The notes beneath the pieces were generated by a model that worked only from the letters and a program-made list of their open reading frames with translations, was not told the origin of the DNA and did not search any database. A program made the translations under genes and the position numbers. From a virus: a stretch of 64,000 nt of DNA. Positions 1-8,713 of this stretch are shown here, in pieces (the first letter of the stretch is position 1; every line of letters begins with the position of its first letter). Location: positions 1 to 64,000 of the IMG/VR virus record IMGVR_UViG_3300007734_000760. One strand, written 5' to 3'.

Positions 1-689
1 ACTACACTTCCATTACTATAGATTGTATCACTTATTGATAGTTTCATTGTTCCTGCATTAATGATGTCTTCACAATTATGGATATGACCAAACAAGCATA
101 GTTTAGGTTTTAAATCTAACATACGCTTTTTAAGTGAAGCATCACCACAAAATTCTAATTTATTAGTTGTATCATACGATAAGTCTAATATGCCTTTTGG
201 TGGTCCATGTACAACTACAATATCAGTATCATCAGGAATATGCTTCCAAACTTCAGAAGTCTTAGCTCTACTCTTATTGAATGCCCATCCATTACCAAAT
301 GTTGGTGTGATTGGAGAACCCCATATTTTAATGCGTTTAGATGGTACAATAGTTGATCCTATTTCACCACTATTTGCTAAACTAGTCCAACCATCATTTT
401 CATCTATTTCAATCCAATCATTTTCTAAGTAGATAATACCTGCTCTTTCAAAGTCATCCTTTTTAATAAAGTTTCTTTCAATGCAAACATCGTGATTACC
501 TGCTACAAATACTTTATGTTTGATTGGTAGTAAACTATACCAATAGATAAAGTTTTGCATTTCATCTTCACTTAGGTAAGGGTCTCTTGGATTAGTAGCA
601 TCACCACTATGAATCACCATGTCTATGTTTTCTGGGATATCTAATAACCCATGAAACGTGTGAGTATCACTTATGTGCCATATCTTCAT
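1..689 (-). CDS. Calcineurin-like metallophosphoesterase (3' end runs off the window; absent from the ORF track)
   Basis: Manual translation from ATG at 689: MKIWHISDTH...VIHSGD...VAGNHD...VVHGPP...LFGHIH, the five conserved metallophosphoesterase motifs. Confidence 0.9.
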   Translation of the reverse strand, partial: MKIWHISDTHTFHGLLDIPENIDMVIHSGDATNPRDPYLSEDEMQNFIYWYSLLPIKHKVFVAGNHDVCIERNFIKKDDFERAGIIYLENDWIEIDENDGWTSLANSGEIGSTIVPSKRIKIWGSPITPTFGNGWAFNKSRAKTSEVWKHIPDDTDIVVVHGPPKGILDLSYDTTNKLEFCGDASLKKRMLDLKPKLCLFGHIHNCEDIINAGTMKLSISDTIYSNGSV

Positions 690-702
690 ATTAGTCTTGT
701 TT
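687..702 (-). repeat. Junction motif AAACAAGACTAATATG, copy 1
   Basis: + strand catattagtcttgttt; same motif at 884-899 and 1089-1102. Confidence 0.8.
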
Positions 703-886
703 ATATAGTAGTTAAAAAATAGTTAAACTCATCAATGTCTCTCATCACATTACCACTAAAGAATGCTCTTTTCATGTCCTCATAAGTATACTTCTTATCA
801 GCCATATCTTCTTGGCATTGAGTGTAGCCTTTTTTATAAGCAACTGTGTATGTAGTTAATGCTATTTCTAATTCTTTTTTCTTCAT
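701..886 (-). CDS. Small hypothetical phage protein
   Basis: ORF track; tightly packed between junction motifs. Confidence 0.65.
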   Translation of the reverse strand: MKKKELEIALTTYTVAYKKGYTQCQEDMADKKYTYEDMKRAFFSGNVMRDIDEFNYFLTTI

Positions 887-903
887 ATTAGTCTTGTTTG
901 TTT
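884..903 (-). repeat. Junction motif AAACAAACAAGACTAATATG, copy 2
   Basis: Encodes NKQD-stop and the next ATG. Confidence 0.8.
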
Positions 904-1091
904 AAACCTGTCATGTAATTTACTTCAATATCCTTATCACCAGTTAAAGCATTTTTAGCATACTGTAAAGCACTTCTAACTTGTCTATCATGTGATGTTT
1001 CTAATTTACCGCTGTCATGTATGTTAGAAGTTATCCTAAGTGCTTCAATGATGTTTTCAAGTTGAAACTTGTATATTGTTATTTCTTCCAT
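888..1091 (-). CDS. Small hypothetical protein ending NKQD
   Basis: ORF track; stop/start overlap with the neighbour. Confidence 0.7.
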   Translation of the reverse strand: MEEITIYKFQLENIIEALRITSNIHDSGKLETSHDRQVRSALQYAKNALTGDKDIEVNYMTGLNKQD

Positions 1092-1105
1092 TAGTCTTGT
1101 TTGTT
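1089..1105 (-). repeat. Junction motif AACAAACAAGACTAATG, copy 3
   Basis: Encodes NKQD-stop overlapping the next ATG. Confidence 0.8.
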
Positions 1106-1294
1106 AGTTTCCCTTTCTAATTTTTCATCTTCAAACCATTTCTCGCAAGACATCCAACCATCTTGATAAGCATCTGAAATTTGCTCTTTTTCTTTTTCTT
1201 TGGCTTGTTCAAGTAATGTTTGAAAAGTTACATCTTCATTAGTCCAATGTGTATGCATTTGTATAATCAACCATTCTACTGCTGTTTGTTTCAT
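1091..1294 (-). CDS. MKQTAVEWL-type small phage protein ending NKQD
   Basis: Likely start ATG at 1294; MKQTAVEWL...AKEKEKEQISDAY pattern, recalled as typical of Bacteroidota phage accessory proteins. Confidence 0.7.
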   Translation of the reverse strand: MKQTAVEWLIIQMHTHWTNEDVTFQTLLEQAKEKEKEQISDAYQDGWMSCEKWFEDEKLERETNKQD

Positions 1295-1305
1295 ATTATT
1301 TCTTT

Positions 1306-1794
1306 TTAATGCCACCAATTTCTAATGTTGTGCTGTATTAGTTTCCACACCAATATATCAGCACGCTCTTGTTTTTTATAACCTATACACCGTCTTTTAG
1401 ATTCTATACTATTAATCTCGTTATTGTGAGTTTCATCAACTGCCTTTTCCCAAACCTGTCCAGTATATTCATGCGAACCATCTCCAATATCTTTAAATGT
1501 CATTTCTGATTTACCGTATACTTTTTCCATTTCCGTATAGTATTCATATTCATAATCACCATTTTGTACTTTGTCCATTAGTCTGCATATCATATTAATA
1601 CGTTGAGCACTATCACTACTTGATTCGTGTGTTCCTTTTTCTTTTAAATTCTTAGCCAATCTTTCAAGACTAAACTTGAATATATCTATGGAATAGGAAT
1701 AGTCCCAATCATATCCGGAATATGCCTTTTTACCAAATGCAACTGCTCTACACAATCTGCGATAGTGGCTTTTAATGTGGTTTATAATATACAT
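1306..1794 (-). CDS. Hypothetical phage protein
   Basis: 162-aa ORF with YDWDYSY and terminal NWW motifs. Confidence 0.7.
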   Translation of the reverse strand: MYIINHIKSHYRRLCRAVAFGKKAYSGYDWDYSYSIDIFKFSLERLAKNLKEKGTHESSSDSAQRINMICRLMDKVQNGDYEYEYYTEMEKVYGKSEMTFKDIGDGSHEYTGQVWEKAVDETHNNEINSIESKRRCIGYKKQERADILVWKLIQHNIRNWWH

Positions 1795-1796
1795 GG

Positions 1797-2030
1797 TTAT
1801 CCGCTTAAGTCTTCGTTCAATCTTTCTAAAAATGTTTCAGGTCCGTCATCTCCACTTACCAACCAATCTATACGTTGAGCATATATTTCAGCCTTTTTAA
1901 GTGCATCCAATCCTTCTTTTATTTTTTCAAGTACTTCAGGTGGATATTTATAGTTTTGAATAATGTCTTCAACACTTTCTGCTATCTCTCTGATGCGATA
2001 CTGATGGTAATCAAAATGTCCTCCGCTCAT
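1797..2030 (-). CDS. Conserved hypothetical phage protein (MSGGHFDY...IDWLVSGDDG)
   Basis: ORF track; motif pattern recalled from phage proteins. Confidence 0.7.
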   Translation of the reverse strand: MSGGHFDYHQYRIREIAESVEDIIQNYKYPPEVLEKIKEGLDALKKAEIYAQRIDWLVSGDDGPETFLERLNEDLSG

Positions 2031-2031
2031 A

Positions 2032-2334
2032 TTATTTAGTTATTAGTTCGTAAGTTGAATTTGTTGTTGTAAATTTAATGTATCCTTCTCGTTGTTCTAC
2101 TATCTCAGTGATTGCAGTTGTTGTCCAACCATTATCTAAGATAAGTGATCTTCCTACTTTGATCTCATCGTGTTTACTTTCAAAATGTCCTTCATCAGTC
2201 CATTCAATGTATTGTACTGACCATCTTCCTACTTGTCTGAAGCCATCATTCAATCTCCCTAAGATGTACTTTGGTTTATCTTCTCTTGCTACAACTGAGT
2301 CAGCATTGTATTTATTTTGTGATATCTCGTTCAT
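2032..2334 (-). CDS. Hypothetical protein (WTTT...TTNSTYEL beta-rich type)
   Basis: ORF track. Confidence 0.65.
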   Translation of the reverse strand: MNEISQNKYNADSVVAREDKPKYILGRLNDGFRQVGRWSVQYIEWTDEGHFESKHDEIKVGRSLILDNGWTTTAITEIVEQREGYIKFTTTNSTYELITK

Positions 2335-2350
2335 TTTAGTTTTTAAATGA

Positions 2351-2443
2351 CTATACTAAAAACGGTATACTAAAGAAAAGTACTATTCCTATTATTAGTA
2401 GCAAATGTGCTATTCCTGATTCTATTTTTTCTTTATTTTTCAT
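2351..2443 (-). CDS. 30-aa single-TM peptide (absent from the ORF track)
   Basis: MKNKEKIESGIAHLLLIIGIVLFFSIPFLV*; fills the gap and starts right after a GACTAAT junction. Confidence 0.55.
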   Translation of the reverse strand: MKNKEKIESGIAHLLLIIGIVLFFSIPFLV

Positions 2444-2444
2444 A

Positions 2445-2702
2445 TTAGTCAATTAATTCATCTATATTAATGTTATTATCTTCACACACTTTATGAATAT
2501 GATCCATAACCACTTCTACACCTTCCATAAAATCTTCACTTGCATCTTGATAGTTGTGAGCGATAGTCTTTCTTGCATTGCATAGCAAATCAAATAATAC
2601 AATTGCCATATCAGTTGATTTAACACAACGTAAGTGAGCTTTTTGCTCATCTGGAAATTCCAGATTAAATTTTAATGTTGCTTTCATTAGTTTCTTTTTC
2701 AT
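2445..2702 (-). CDS. Hypothetical protein
   Basis: ORF track; probable start MKATLKF at 2687. Confidence 0.65.
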   Translation of the reverse strand: MKKKLMKATLKFNLEFPDEQKAHLRCVKSTDMAIVLFDLLCNARKTIAHNYQDASEDFMEGVEVVMDHIHKVCEDNNINIDELID

Positions 2703-2940
2703 TTACAGGTATGATTTCTATTTGTTTAGGTAATGTTGTTCCATATGTTTGAATTAATTGATTATAAATTACATCTCCAGTGTAACATTCAGCGTACAAT
2801 CCTGTTGACTTACCATTACTTACTAATGGTATTTTATAATATTTAAGTTCTAATTTTTGTTTTTTATTTACTTTTATCAATACAATGATTGATATTCCCA
2901 TTACTATTATGGGGAGTATTATGTTTACTATGATTTCCAT
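2665..2940 (-). CDS. Hypothetical membrane protein (N-terminal TM)
   Basis: Hydrophobic N-terminus; first gene after the promoter at 2955-2986. Confidence 0.6.
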   Translation of the reverse strand: MEIIVNIILPIIVMGISIIVLIKVNKKQKLELKYYKIPLVSNGKSTGLYAECYTGDVIYNQLIQTYGTTLPKQIEIIPVNEKETNESNIKI

Positions 2941-2954
2941 TTTATTAATTTATT

Positions 2955-2986
2955 TAAATATAATATAAAATATTATGTAAGCCAAA
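2955..2986 (-). promoter_or_regulatory. Class I promoter TTTG-N20-TATATTTA
   Basis: Minus strand TTTGGCTTACATAATATTTTATATTATATTTA; resembles the Bacteroidota -33 TTTG / -7 TAnnTTTG consensus. Confidence 0.8.
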
Positions 2987-3015
2987 TAAAAAAGGTGATT
3001 CTTTCGAATCACCTT
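2984..3015 (-). terminator. Rho-independent terminator
   Basis: 10-bp stem AAGGTGATTC-GAAA-GAATCACCTT followed by a T tract on the minus strand. Confidence 0.85.
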
Positions 3016-3035
3016 ATTATTATTAAATAATAAAA

Positions 3036-3233
3036 TTAAGCGTTTACACGACGACGTGAAATGCTATACATAGCATCTGCTAGTTCATTATTAATACTAC
3101 GGCGACCTGAAGTTACATTCGAAATATGAGATTCCGATAATCCAGTCATTATTGATAAACGACTGTTGTCTCCTTGGCGTTTACGAGCATTATAAAATGC
3201 TAACGTTGCTGTTCTGTTCATTGATTTTTTCAT
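3036..3233 (-). CDS. Small XRE/Cro-like HTH DNA-binding protein
   Basis: SRLSIMTGLSESHISNVTSGRR resembles an HTH_3 helix pair; has its own promoter and terminator. Confidence 0.65.
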   Translation of the reverse strand: MKKSMNRTATLAFYNARKRQGDNSRLSIMTGLSESHISNVTSGRRSINNELADAMYSISRRRVNA

Positions 3234-3269
3234 TTTGTTTTTGTTTTTGTTTATAACTTATTTATGATA

Positions 3270-3301
3270 TAAATGTAATAATAAAAACACAAAAAGCCAA
3301 A
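3270..3301 (-). promoter_or_regulatory. Class I promoter
   Basis: TTTGGCTT...TACATTTA with a 20-nt spacer. Confidence 0.75.
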
Positions 3302-3302
3302 C

Positions 3303-3908
3303 TTAAATTCCAATTTCAATAAATTTTTTATATATCTTTTTAGGAGTTTTACTATAATATGATTCAGGCATGAACTTATTAGGACATAATTTCCATAACT
3401 CTTTAGAATATATTAAATGACTTTTATTCCAACGACGAGTTTCTTTTAAGTGGTTGTGAAATAATATATAACAATTTGCTTTTTGAATATAAGTAGGTAT
3501 ATCTATTTTCAACTCATATTTTTTAATATTTTTTACTGCTCGTTTTTCACAATCAAGTTCTAATAATTTTATTTGATCAATTTTAAAATCAATGTTTCTA
3601 ATTGATTCACCTGCTAACCAACTGTCAATATCGTAAGCATATTTAGATATACCCCATATATGAGAACGTTCACTCCATTGTTCTAAATGAGAAAATTCAT
3701 GTACTAATAAACTTTTATATTCAGGACTTTTAATAGCACAAGCTAATTCTCCTTCTTTTTTAGATATATCTGAGAAGTATCCTCCTATGTATGTTTTATT
3801 GTAAATCTTTATTTTAGATGATTTTTTTAATATGAGTTTTACATTATGTTCCTCACATTTGTCTTTAACAGTTTGAAGAAATATATTTTGTGATGAAGTT
3901 CTAGACAT
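3303..3908 (-). CDS. Zincin (HExxH) metallopeptidase-like protein
   Basis: LLVHEFSHLEQW plus downstream ELDCE; likely start MSRTSS at 3908, since the longer ORF overlaps the upstream gene. Confidence 0.65.
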   Translation of the reverse strand: MSRTSSQNIFLQTVKDKCEEHNVKLILKKSSKIKIYNKTYIGGYFSDISKKEGELACAIKSPEYKSLLVHEFSHLEQWSERSHIWGISKYAYDIDSWLAGESIRNIDFKIDQIKLLELDCEKRAVKNIKKYELKIDIPTYIQKANCYILFHNHLKETRRWNKSHLIYSKELWKLCPNKFMPESYYSKTPKKIYKKFIEIGI

Positions 3909-3915
3909 ATGTTTA

Positions 3916-4224
3916 TTATTTACATGAAGTTGCTCCACTCCACGTTGTTCCATTCCAATAATAATTTGTTTGTCCTGATCCTCCACTTGTGTCTCCATAA
4001 TATCCAGCGGATGCTAAAGTTGATAGTCCTAAATTTGAATATATAGATGAGTTATTTGTAAATGCACTAACAATTGTAGAATATGTAGAATTATATACTG
4101 TTGTAGCTGAAGTCACTCCAGCACAAAATCTACCAGAGTTAGATCCAACATATGCATTTATAGTTTGAGTACCACCACCTGTGTATTTTTTGCTTGACGC
4201 TACTACTCCTACTAATGTTGCCAT
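3916..4224 (-). CDS. Small Gly/Ser/Thr-rich virion (fibre-associated) protein
   Basis: Composition; directly follows the fibre gene. Confidence 0.55.
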   Translation of the reverse strand: MATLVGVVASSKKYTGGGTQTINAYVGSNSGRFCAGVTSATTVYNSTYSTIVSAFTNNSSIYSNLGLSTLASAGYYGDTSGGSGQTNYYWNGTTWSGATSCK

Positions 4225-4226
4225 AT

Positions 4227-5924
4227 TTATGCTTTTAAATCACCAATTAATGCCCAAGTATTTCCAGTAATATATTTAGCTACAGCTGATGAACCTGCTT
4301 TATTGATTTTTAAATTACTATCTGCTGATATTACTGTTTGTCCTGCTCCGGCCATAAATGAAATATCACTTGTTAAATTAGATGCAAATACTGTGAATTC
4401 AAATCCAAAATATGTTGCTGCGTCTAAAGTAATTGTTATTGCTCCTCCAGCGCTTGAAGCATTATAAAACATTCCGTTTATAAGTGAATTTGATGCTTGA
4501 TTACTAGTTAAAGATGCTACATCTGACACTCCACCATACCCACCACTTCCACTTAAAGCAGCAGGTAAACTTTTGATTCCAGTAAAATCTACACTAGTAG
4601 CATTTGCTGCTGTTGATGAATTTAAAGCGTATGATGCACTCACTGCTACAGATGATGATAAGGCATATGATGAGCTTAATGCAGTAGTTGTTGTTAAAGC
4701 ATATGATGATGTTGTTGATGTAGAAGCGTATGACGCACTTAATGCGGTTGTTGATGTAGAAGCATATGATGCACTTAATACACTTGCTGCTGTTAAAGCA
4801 TAACTTGCTGTTAAAGCATAAGATGCAGATAAATTACTTATACTAGTTAATATTGTAGTACCATCACTAGCGTATAGTCTAAGTGATCCTACTCCTGGAT
4901 TAGTTAATGAAGCCCCTAATGTATTTGAATATGAAGCGGTTTGAGCATAAGATGCAGATGTTATTGTTCCATTAACAGATCCACTTAAATTAGCTCCAAT
5001 TGTGTTTGTTGTTATATCATAAGATAATGTTCCAATACCAGCAATAGATGCACTATTAATAAATAGATTTGTGTACCCATCAGTTTGTGCGAAAGTAAGA
5101 TAATATGGATTTGGAGCAGGAACATTAGTTACTACTACATTTGAAGAGTTTATAGCATTTGTAGAATTAAATGCATTAGTAGCATTTAAAGCATATGAAC
5201 TACTTAATGCTGTTGATGAATTATTAGCAAATGAACTACTTACTGTCACTGATGAGGATATAGCATATGATGCGGTTGTAGTATTTAAAGCATATGATGC
5301 ACTAGTAGCATTTAAAGCATATGAACTACTTAATGCTGTTGTGGCATTCAAAGCATATGAACTACTTAACGCTGTTGTAGCATTCAAAGCATACGATGCA
5401 CTAGTAGCATTTAAAGCGTATGATGCAGTTGTAGCATTTAAAGTGTATGATGCAGTTGTAGCATTTAAGGCATATGATGCACTAGTAGTTAAAAACGCTA
5501 CTGATGAACTGTAAGCGTATGATGCACTTGTTGCTATCAAAGCATACGAACTACTAACAGCTACTGATGAGCTATAGGCATATGAAGCACTTGTTGCTAC
5601 AGAAGCAGAAGCAGCATATGATGCACTTGCACCTCCAGAAATAGTTACTGTTGCGTTAGGTGTTGTGCCTGATACTGTTCCTCCACTGAATGTAAGTGTT
5701 GTTACTCCAGTTACGGTTGCTCCACCTACTACTGTTAAACTTCCACCACCACCTCCACCATTCATAGCAAATGAGGCAGTTAAAGCATAAGATGCTGTTC
5801 CGTTTGTTCCAGCGGCCGCTCCTATAGTATTATAAGAAATATTAGATGGAGTACTATTATCAAATAATGTTCCTGATGGATCTCCAAATCCTGAATTATC
5901 AAAGATTATACTACTATTTGACAT
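4227..5924 (-). CDS. Tail-fibre/virion fibre protein with ASYA repeats
   Basis: Ala/Ser/Thr-rich, ~25 SASYA/SSYA repeats, C-terminal ...NTWALIGDL fibre-type domain. Confidence 0.7.
   Translation of the reverse strand: MSNSSIIFDNSGFGDPSGTLFDNSTPSNISYNTIGAAAGTNGTASYALTASFAMNGGGGGGSLTVVGGATVTGVTTLTFSGGTVSGTTPNATVTISGGASASYAASASVATSASYAYSSSVAVSSSYALIATSASYAYSSSVAFLTTSASYALNATTASYTLNATTASYALNATSASYALNATTALSSSYALNATTALSSSYALNATSASYALNTTTASYAISSSVTVSSSFANNSSTALSSSYALNATNAFNSTNAINSSNVVVTNVPAPNPYYLTFAQTDGYTNLFINSASIAGIGTLSYDITTNTIGANLSGSVNGTITSASYAQTASYSNTLGASLTNPGVGSLRLYASDGTTILTSISNLSASYALTASYALTAASVLSASYASTSTTALSASYASTSTTSSYALTTTTALSSSYALSSSVAVSASYALNSSTAANATSVDFTGIKSLPAALSGSGGYGGVSDVASLTSNQASNSLINGMFYNASSAGGAITITLDAATYFGFEFTVFASNLTSDISFMAGAGQTVISADSNLKINKAGSSAVAKYITGNTWALIGDLKA
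4620..4830 (-). repeat. ASYA coding repeat block 2
   Basis: Recurrent gcatatgatgca-like units on the + strand. Confidence 0.75.
5180..5630 (-). repeat. ASYA coding repeat block 1 (SASYALNAT / ALSSSYALNAT units)
   Basis: Imperfect tandem 21-33 nt repeats. Confidence 0.8.
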
Positions 5925-5932
5925 ATTTTATT

Positions 5933-5940
5933 ATAAATAT
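5933..5940 (-). promoter_or_regulatory. Class II (putative late) motif ATATTTAT
   Basis: Just upstream of the fibre ATG; recurs before lysis, head-leader and homing endonuclease genes. Confidence 0.5.
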
Positions 5941-5952
5941 TTAATTCCTAAA

Positions 5953-6546
5953 TTATTTTACTTCATATTCTGTAAAATTAGTTTTTGTAGGTTTAATATT
6001 TGGTAAATAATATTGATATGTTTTCTTTGAGTTTTGTAAATATATTGTTTTATAGAATCCTGTTGGAATAGTAGCTCCGGTTGGTAATTTATGATTAAAA
6101 TCAGTGAAAACTATTCTTATAGTAACAGATACAGCTTCACTCTTTGCCCATTCTCTTTCTTGTGCTTCTAACATTTTCCACACACCTCTATTTAAGTATT
6201 GGTTTTGTAAAGCACAATTAACATAAGAGAATGTTTTGTATAACATTTCTTTTGTGCAATTAAAGTCTGCTGCTGGAGCCATGTGACCTTTATCATACAC
6301 ATTATCTACATAGTCTTTTGCATCTGAAGTGTGTATACTCTTGTCAGTGTAAAAATCCATACCAGTTCTTGATGCGGTACCATTAGGACATTTTACTATG
6401 TATTTAATCCATAAAGGTTGTTCTAGTTTTTCAGAGTATGAAACAGTATAAATATCTGTTGATACTAATACGCTATCTTTTTGTTGACTGTAAGAATTTA
6501 AATTTAGTAATGTAAATAAAACAAATATTTTATTTAACATACTCAT
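5953..6546 (-). CDS. Exported DNA/RNA non-specific endonuclease (NucA/Serratia family)
   Basis: Signal peptide, YSEKLEQPLW, active-site YDKGHMAPAADF, TFSYVNCALQ..LNRGVWK..E, IPTGFYK. Confidence 0.9.
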   Translation of the reverse strand: MSMLNKIFVLFTLLNLNSYSQQKDSVLVSTDIYTVSYSEKLEQPLWIKYIVKCPNGTASRTGMDFYTDKSIHTSDAKDYVDNVYDKGHMAPAADFNCTKEMLYKTFSYVNCALQNQYLNRGVWKMLEAQEREWAKSEAVSVTIRIVFTDFNHKLPTGATIPTGFYKTIYLQNSKKTYQYYLPNIKPTKTNFTEYEVK

Positions 6547-7141
6547 AATACTTTAATGTTAAAGCTTTTCTATGATCTAATCCTAATGTACCACCATTAA
6601 TACGTTTTGTTAAAGCAGTAATTGATGCAACATCAATACCTTTATCACAAATAGTCCATAATTTGTTTTTATCAAAGAAAAACATAGCTGACTCAAAAGC
6701 ATATTCGTTTGCTACTAAATCAGGATTAACTAATATCTCAGGTTTATTTAAGTATTTAGAAAAAGCAGTATAGTTTTCTTTACCAGTTAATTGTAAAGCA
6801 CCTCTACCTCTAAATTTCCAACCTTCTCCACTTGCCTCATCACCATTACCCATTCTATTACCATAAACACGATTTGCAATCTTTTCTGGGTTACGAGCGT
6901 ATCCTTCTGCTAATGTACCAGGAAAGTATTTACCAAATATTTTTTTAAGTCCATCTGTTGAGTAACTTAGGTTTTCTGAAAATACTTTGTATTCTCCTGT
7001 CTCATGTGCTGTTTGAGCAAAAAAGTGAGCAGCACGTAGTGGTGTAAGTTTATAAAAAGCCATTGCCGCTTTTAAAGTTCCAGGTCCAAAAGCTCCGTCA
7101 GCAGTGACACCTATTTTAGTTTGTAATGCTTTAATACTCAT
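6530..7141 (-). CDS. GH19 endolysin with N-terminal peptidoglycan-binding motif
   Basis: LQTKIGVTADGAFGPGT; AHFFAQTAHET; FRGRGALQLTGKENY; TKRINGG. Confidence 0.92.
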   Translation of the reverse strand: MSIKALQTKIGVTADGAFGPGTLKAAMAFYKLTPLRAAHFFAQTAHETGEYKVFSENLSYSTDGLKKIFGKYFPGTLAEGYARNPEKIANRVYGNRMGNGDEASGEGWKFRGRGALQLTGKENYTAFSKYLNKPEILVNPDLVANEYAFESAMFFFDKNKLWTICDKGIDVASITALTKRINGGTLGLDHRKALTLKYYEYVK

Positions 7142-7144
7142 GAT

Positions 7145-7387
7145 TTATTTTTTTATAATTTTTTTTAATTCTTTAAGTTGCTTTTTTAATTCTGGTATTG
7201 TTTTGTCTCCATTTTTCTTAGGCTTTTTTTCTAACAAATCAATTTCCGTTGATCTAAGTAGTTTTGTTGGTGACTCTTCACTACTGTTGTCTTTAGCATC
7301 AAAGTGCATTAAAAGTATTTTTCTTAATACAAGTGCTATGATAAGTCCTAATAAGGCGGTTACTATAGCTTCAGTTATTGCGCTCAT
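7145..7387 (-). CDS. Small single-TM protein of the lysis cassette
   Basis: N-terminal TM, basic C-terminus; lies between the holin-like gene and the endolysin. Confidence 0.55.
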   Translation of the reverse strand: MSAITEAIVTALLGLIIALVLRKILLMHFDAKDNSSEESPTKLLRSTEIDLLEKKPKKNGDKTIPELKKQLKELKKIIKK

Positions 7388-7629
7388 TATTCTTCAGTTT
7401 TTTCTTCAGTTTTTTTACTACCAACAAACTTTTCAACTACATTACCACCTATACAAACTAAAACAATTACTTTAACTGCATCAACTAAATCAGCTGATGG
7501 TTCAATGTCTTTGTGTTCATATGAATTAAGTAACATTGTTACTGCAATAAATAAAAAGCCTAAAAAAGCTATCACTCGTTTAATAGAAGTATCACCTCCA
7601 GCAAACATGTTTTTAATAAATTTAATCAT
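7387..7629 (-). CDS. Holin-like 2-TM protein
   Basis: TSIKRVIAFLGFLF TM1, second TM, charged tail; upstream of the endolysin. Confidence 0.6.
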   Translation of the reverse strand: MIKFIKNMFAGGDTSIKRVIAFLGFLFIAVTMLLNSYEHKDIEPSADLVDAVKVIVLVCIGGNVVEKFVGSKKTEEKTEE

Positions 7630-7656
7630 AGTGTATGTTTTTGTTTGTTATAAATA

Positions 7657-8700
7657 TTAATTGTTTTTGTTTTCTGATGCATATTTTACTCCCATTAGTG
7701 TACCTACAATACTAAAGGCATTTGTAAGCAATATGCCGAACATATTAGACCAAGTTGATCCAATTATTTGTGTGTCTTTGTTTATTACCATAGCCAATAC
7801 ATACATTAAACTAGTAATTATACCTACACCTACTATAACATATAAGGCTACTTTAACAATAGTACCTATTAATGCTGTTTGTGATTTCTTTTGTAATATA
7901 TCTAAATCACTTAATGCTAATGCTTTTGCTTCTTCAGCTTGTTTATAGGCTTCTTCAGCAGCGGCTTTAGCAATTAAAGCTTCTTCAGCTAAACTTTCTG
8001 ACTTTATACTTTCTGCTACTGCTTCATCTTTTGCTTTAATTGCTTCTCTTTTAGCAACCTCTGCTTCAGTTAATGCTTTTTCTACCTGTCTATTAATACG
8101 TGCGTTTTCTTTTTCAGATCTTTGTAGTTCTATATTTTTCTCATCTGCCTTTTTAGTTATGCAGTTTATTATTTTCACTGAGTGAGCAAAGGAGTACAAA
8201 GCTGCTATCATTTGTACAAAATCTATTTCAGGCTTAAGCCAATATCTTGAAGACAGTTGTTCAATACAAACAACTCCTATTATCTCACCTCTGTAAATTA
8301 TAGGAACATCAAGCATTGATTTAATGCCTAATGGTTTTAGATAGCTCTCAGCAAAACAAGAAGTTGCTTCATGTGTTACAGCATCTTCAGCTATGATTAT
8401 TGGATCTTTGAGTAATGAATCGAAATAAGGCTTAAAATCCTTTTTATGTAATTCTGTGTTTTGATACCATGCGTCTTCAGACTTAATGTAAAGTTGTTGG
8501 CATATAATTGATGTTTTGTTATCGTTGTATAACCAAACTGAGCATCTGTCTACATCTAATGATACAGTTACTTGCTTGGTTAATGATTTAGCTCCTTCAA
8601 CAACCTTACCTTCATAAAATAAAGGATTTCCAGACTCTGTTACAAGTATTGATGTAAGTTTTTCAACGTATTTAATAGCCATGGATGAGTAGTGAATCAT
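7657..8700 (-). CDS. GAF domain - coiled coil - 2 TM membrane protein
   Basis: LDVDRCSVWLY...YLKPLGIKSMLDVPIIYRGEIIGVVCIE is a GAF signature; Ala/Glu/Lys coiled coil; two C-terminal TMs. Confidence 0.85.
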   Translation of the reverse strand: MIHYSSMAIKYVEKLTSILVTESGNPLFYEGKVVEGAKSLTKQVTVSLDVDRCSVWLYNDNKTSIICQQLYIKSEDAWYQNTELHKKDFKPYFDSLLKDPIIIAEDAVTHEATSCFAESYLKPLGIKSMLDVPIIYRGEIIGVVCIEQLSSRYWLKPEIDFVQMIAALYSFAHSVKIINCITKKADEKNIELQRSEKENARINRQVEKALTEAEVAKREAIKAKDEAVAESIKSESLAEEALIAKAAAEEAYKQAEEAKALALSDLDILQKKSQTALIGTIVKVALYVIVGVGIITSLMYVLAMVINKDTQIIGSTWSNMFGILLTNAFSIVGTLMGVKYASENKNN

Positions 8701-8713
8701 CCATAAATATTAA

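Noticed and set aside
5931-5940. T4 late promoter TATAAATA
   Set aside because: It occurs on the non-coding strand, the wrong orientation; treated instead as a distinct ATATTTAT motif
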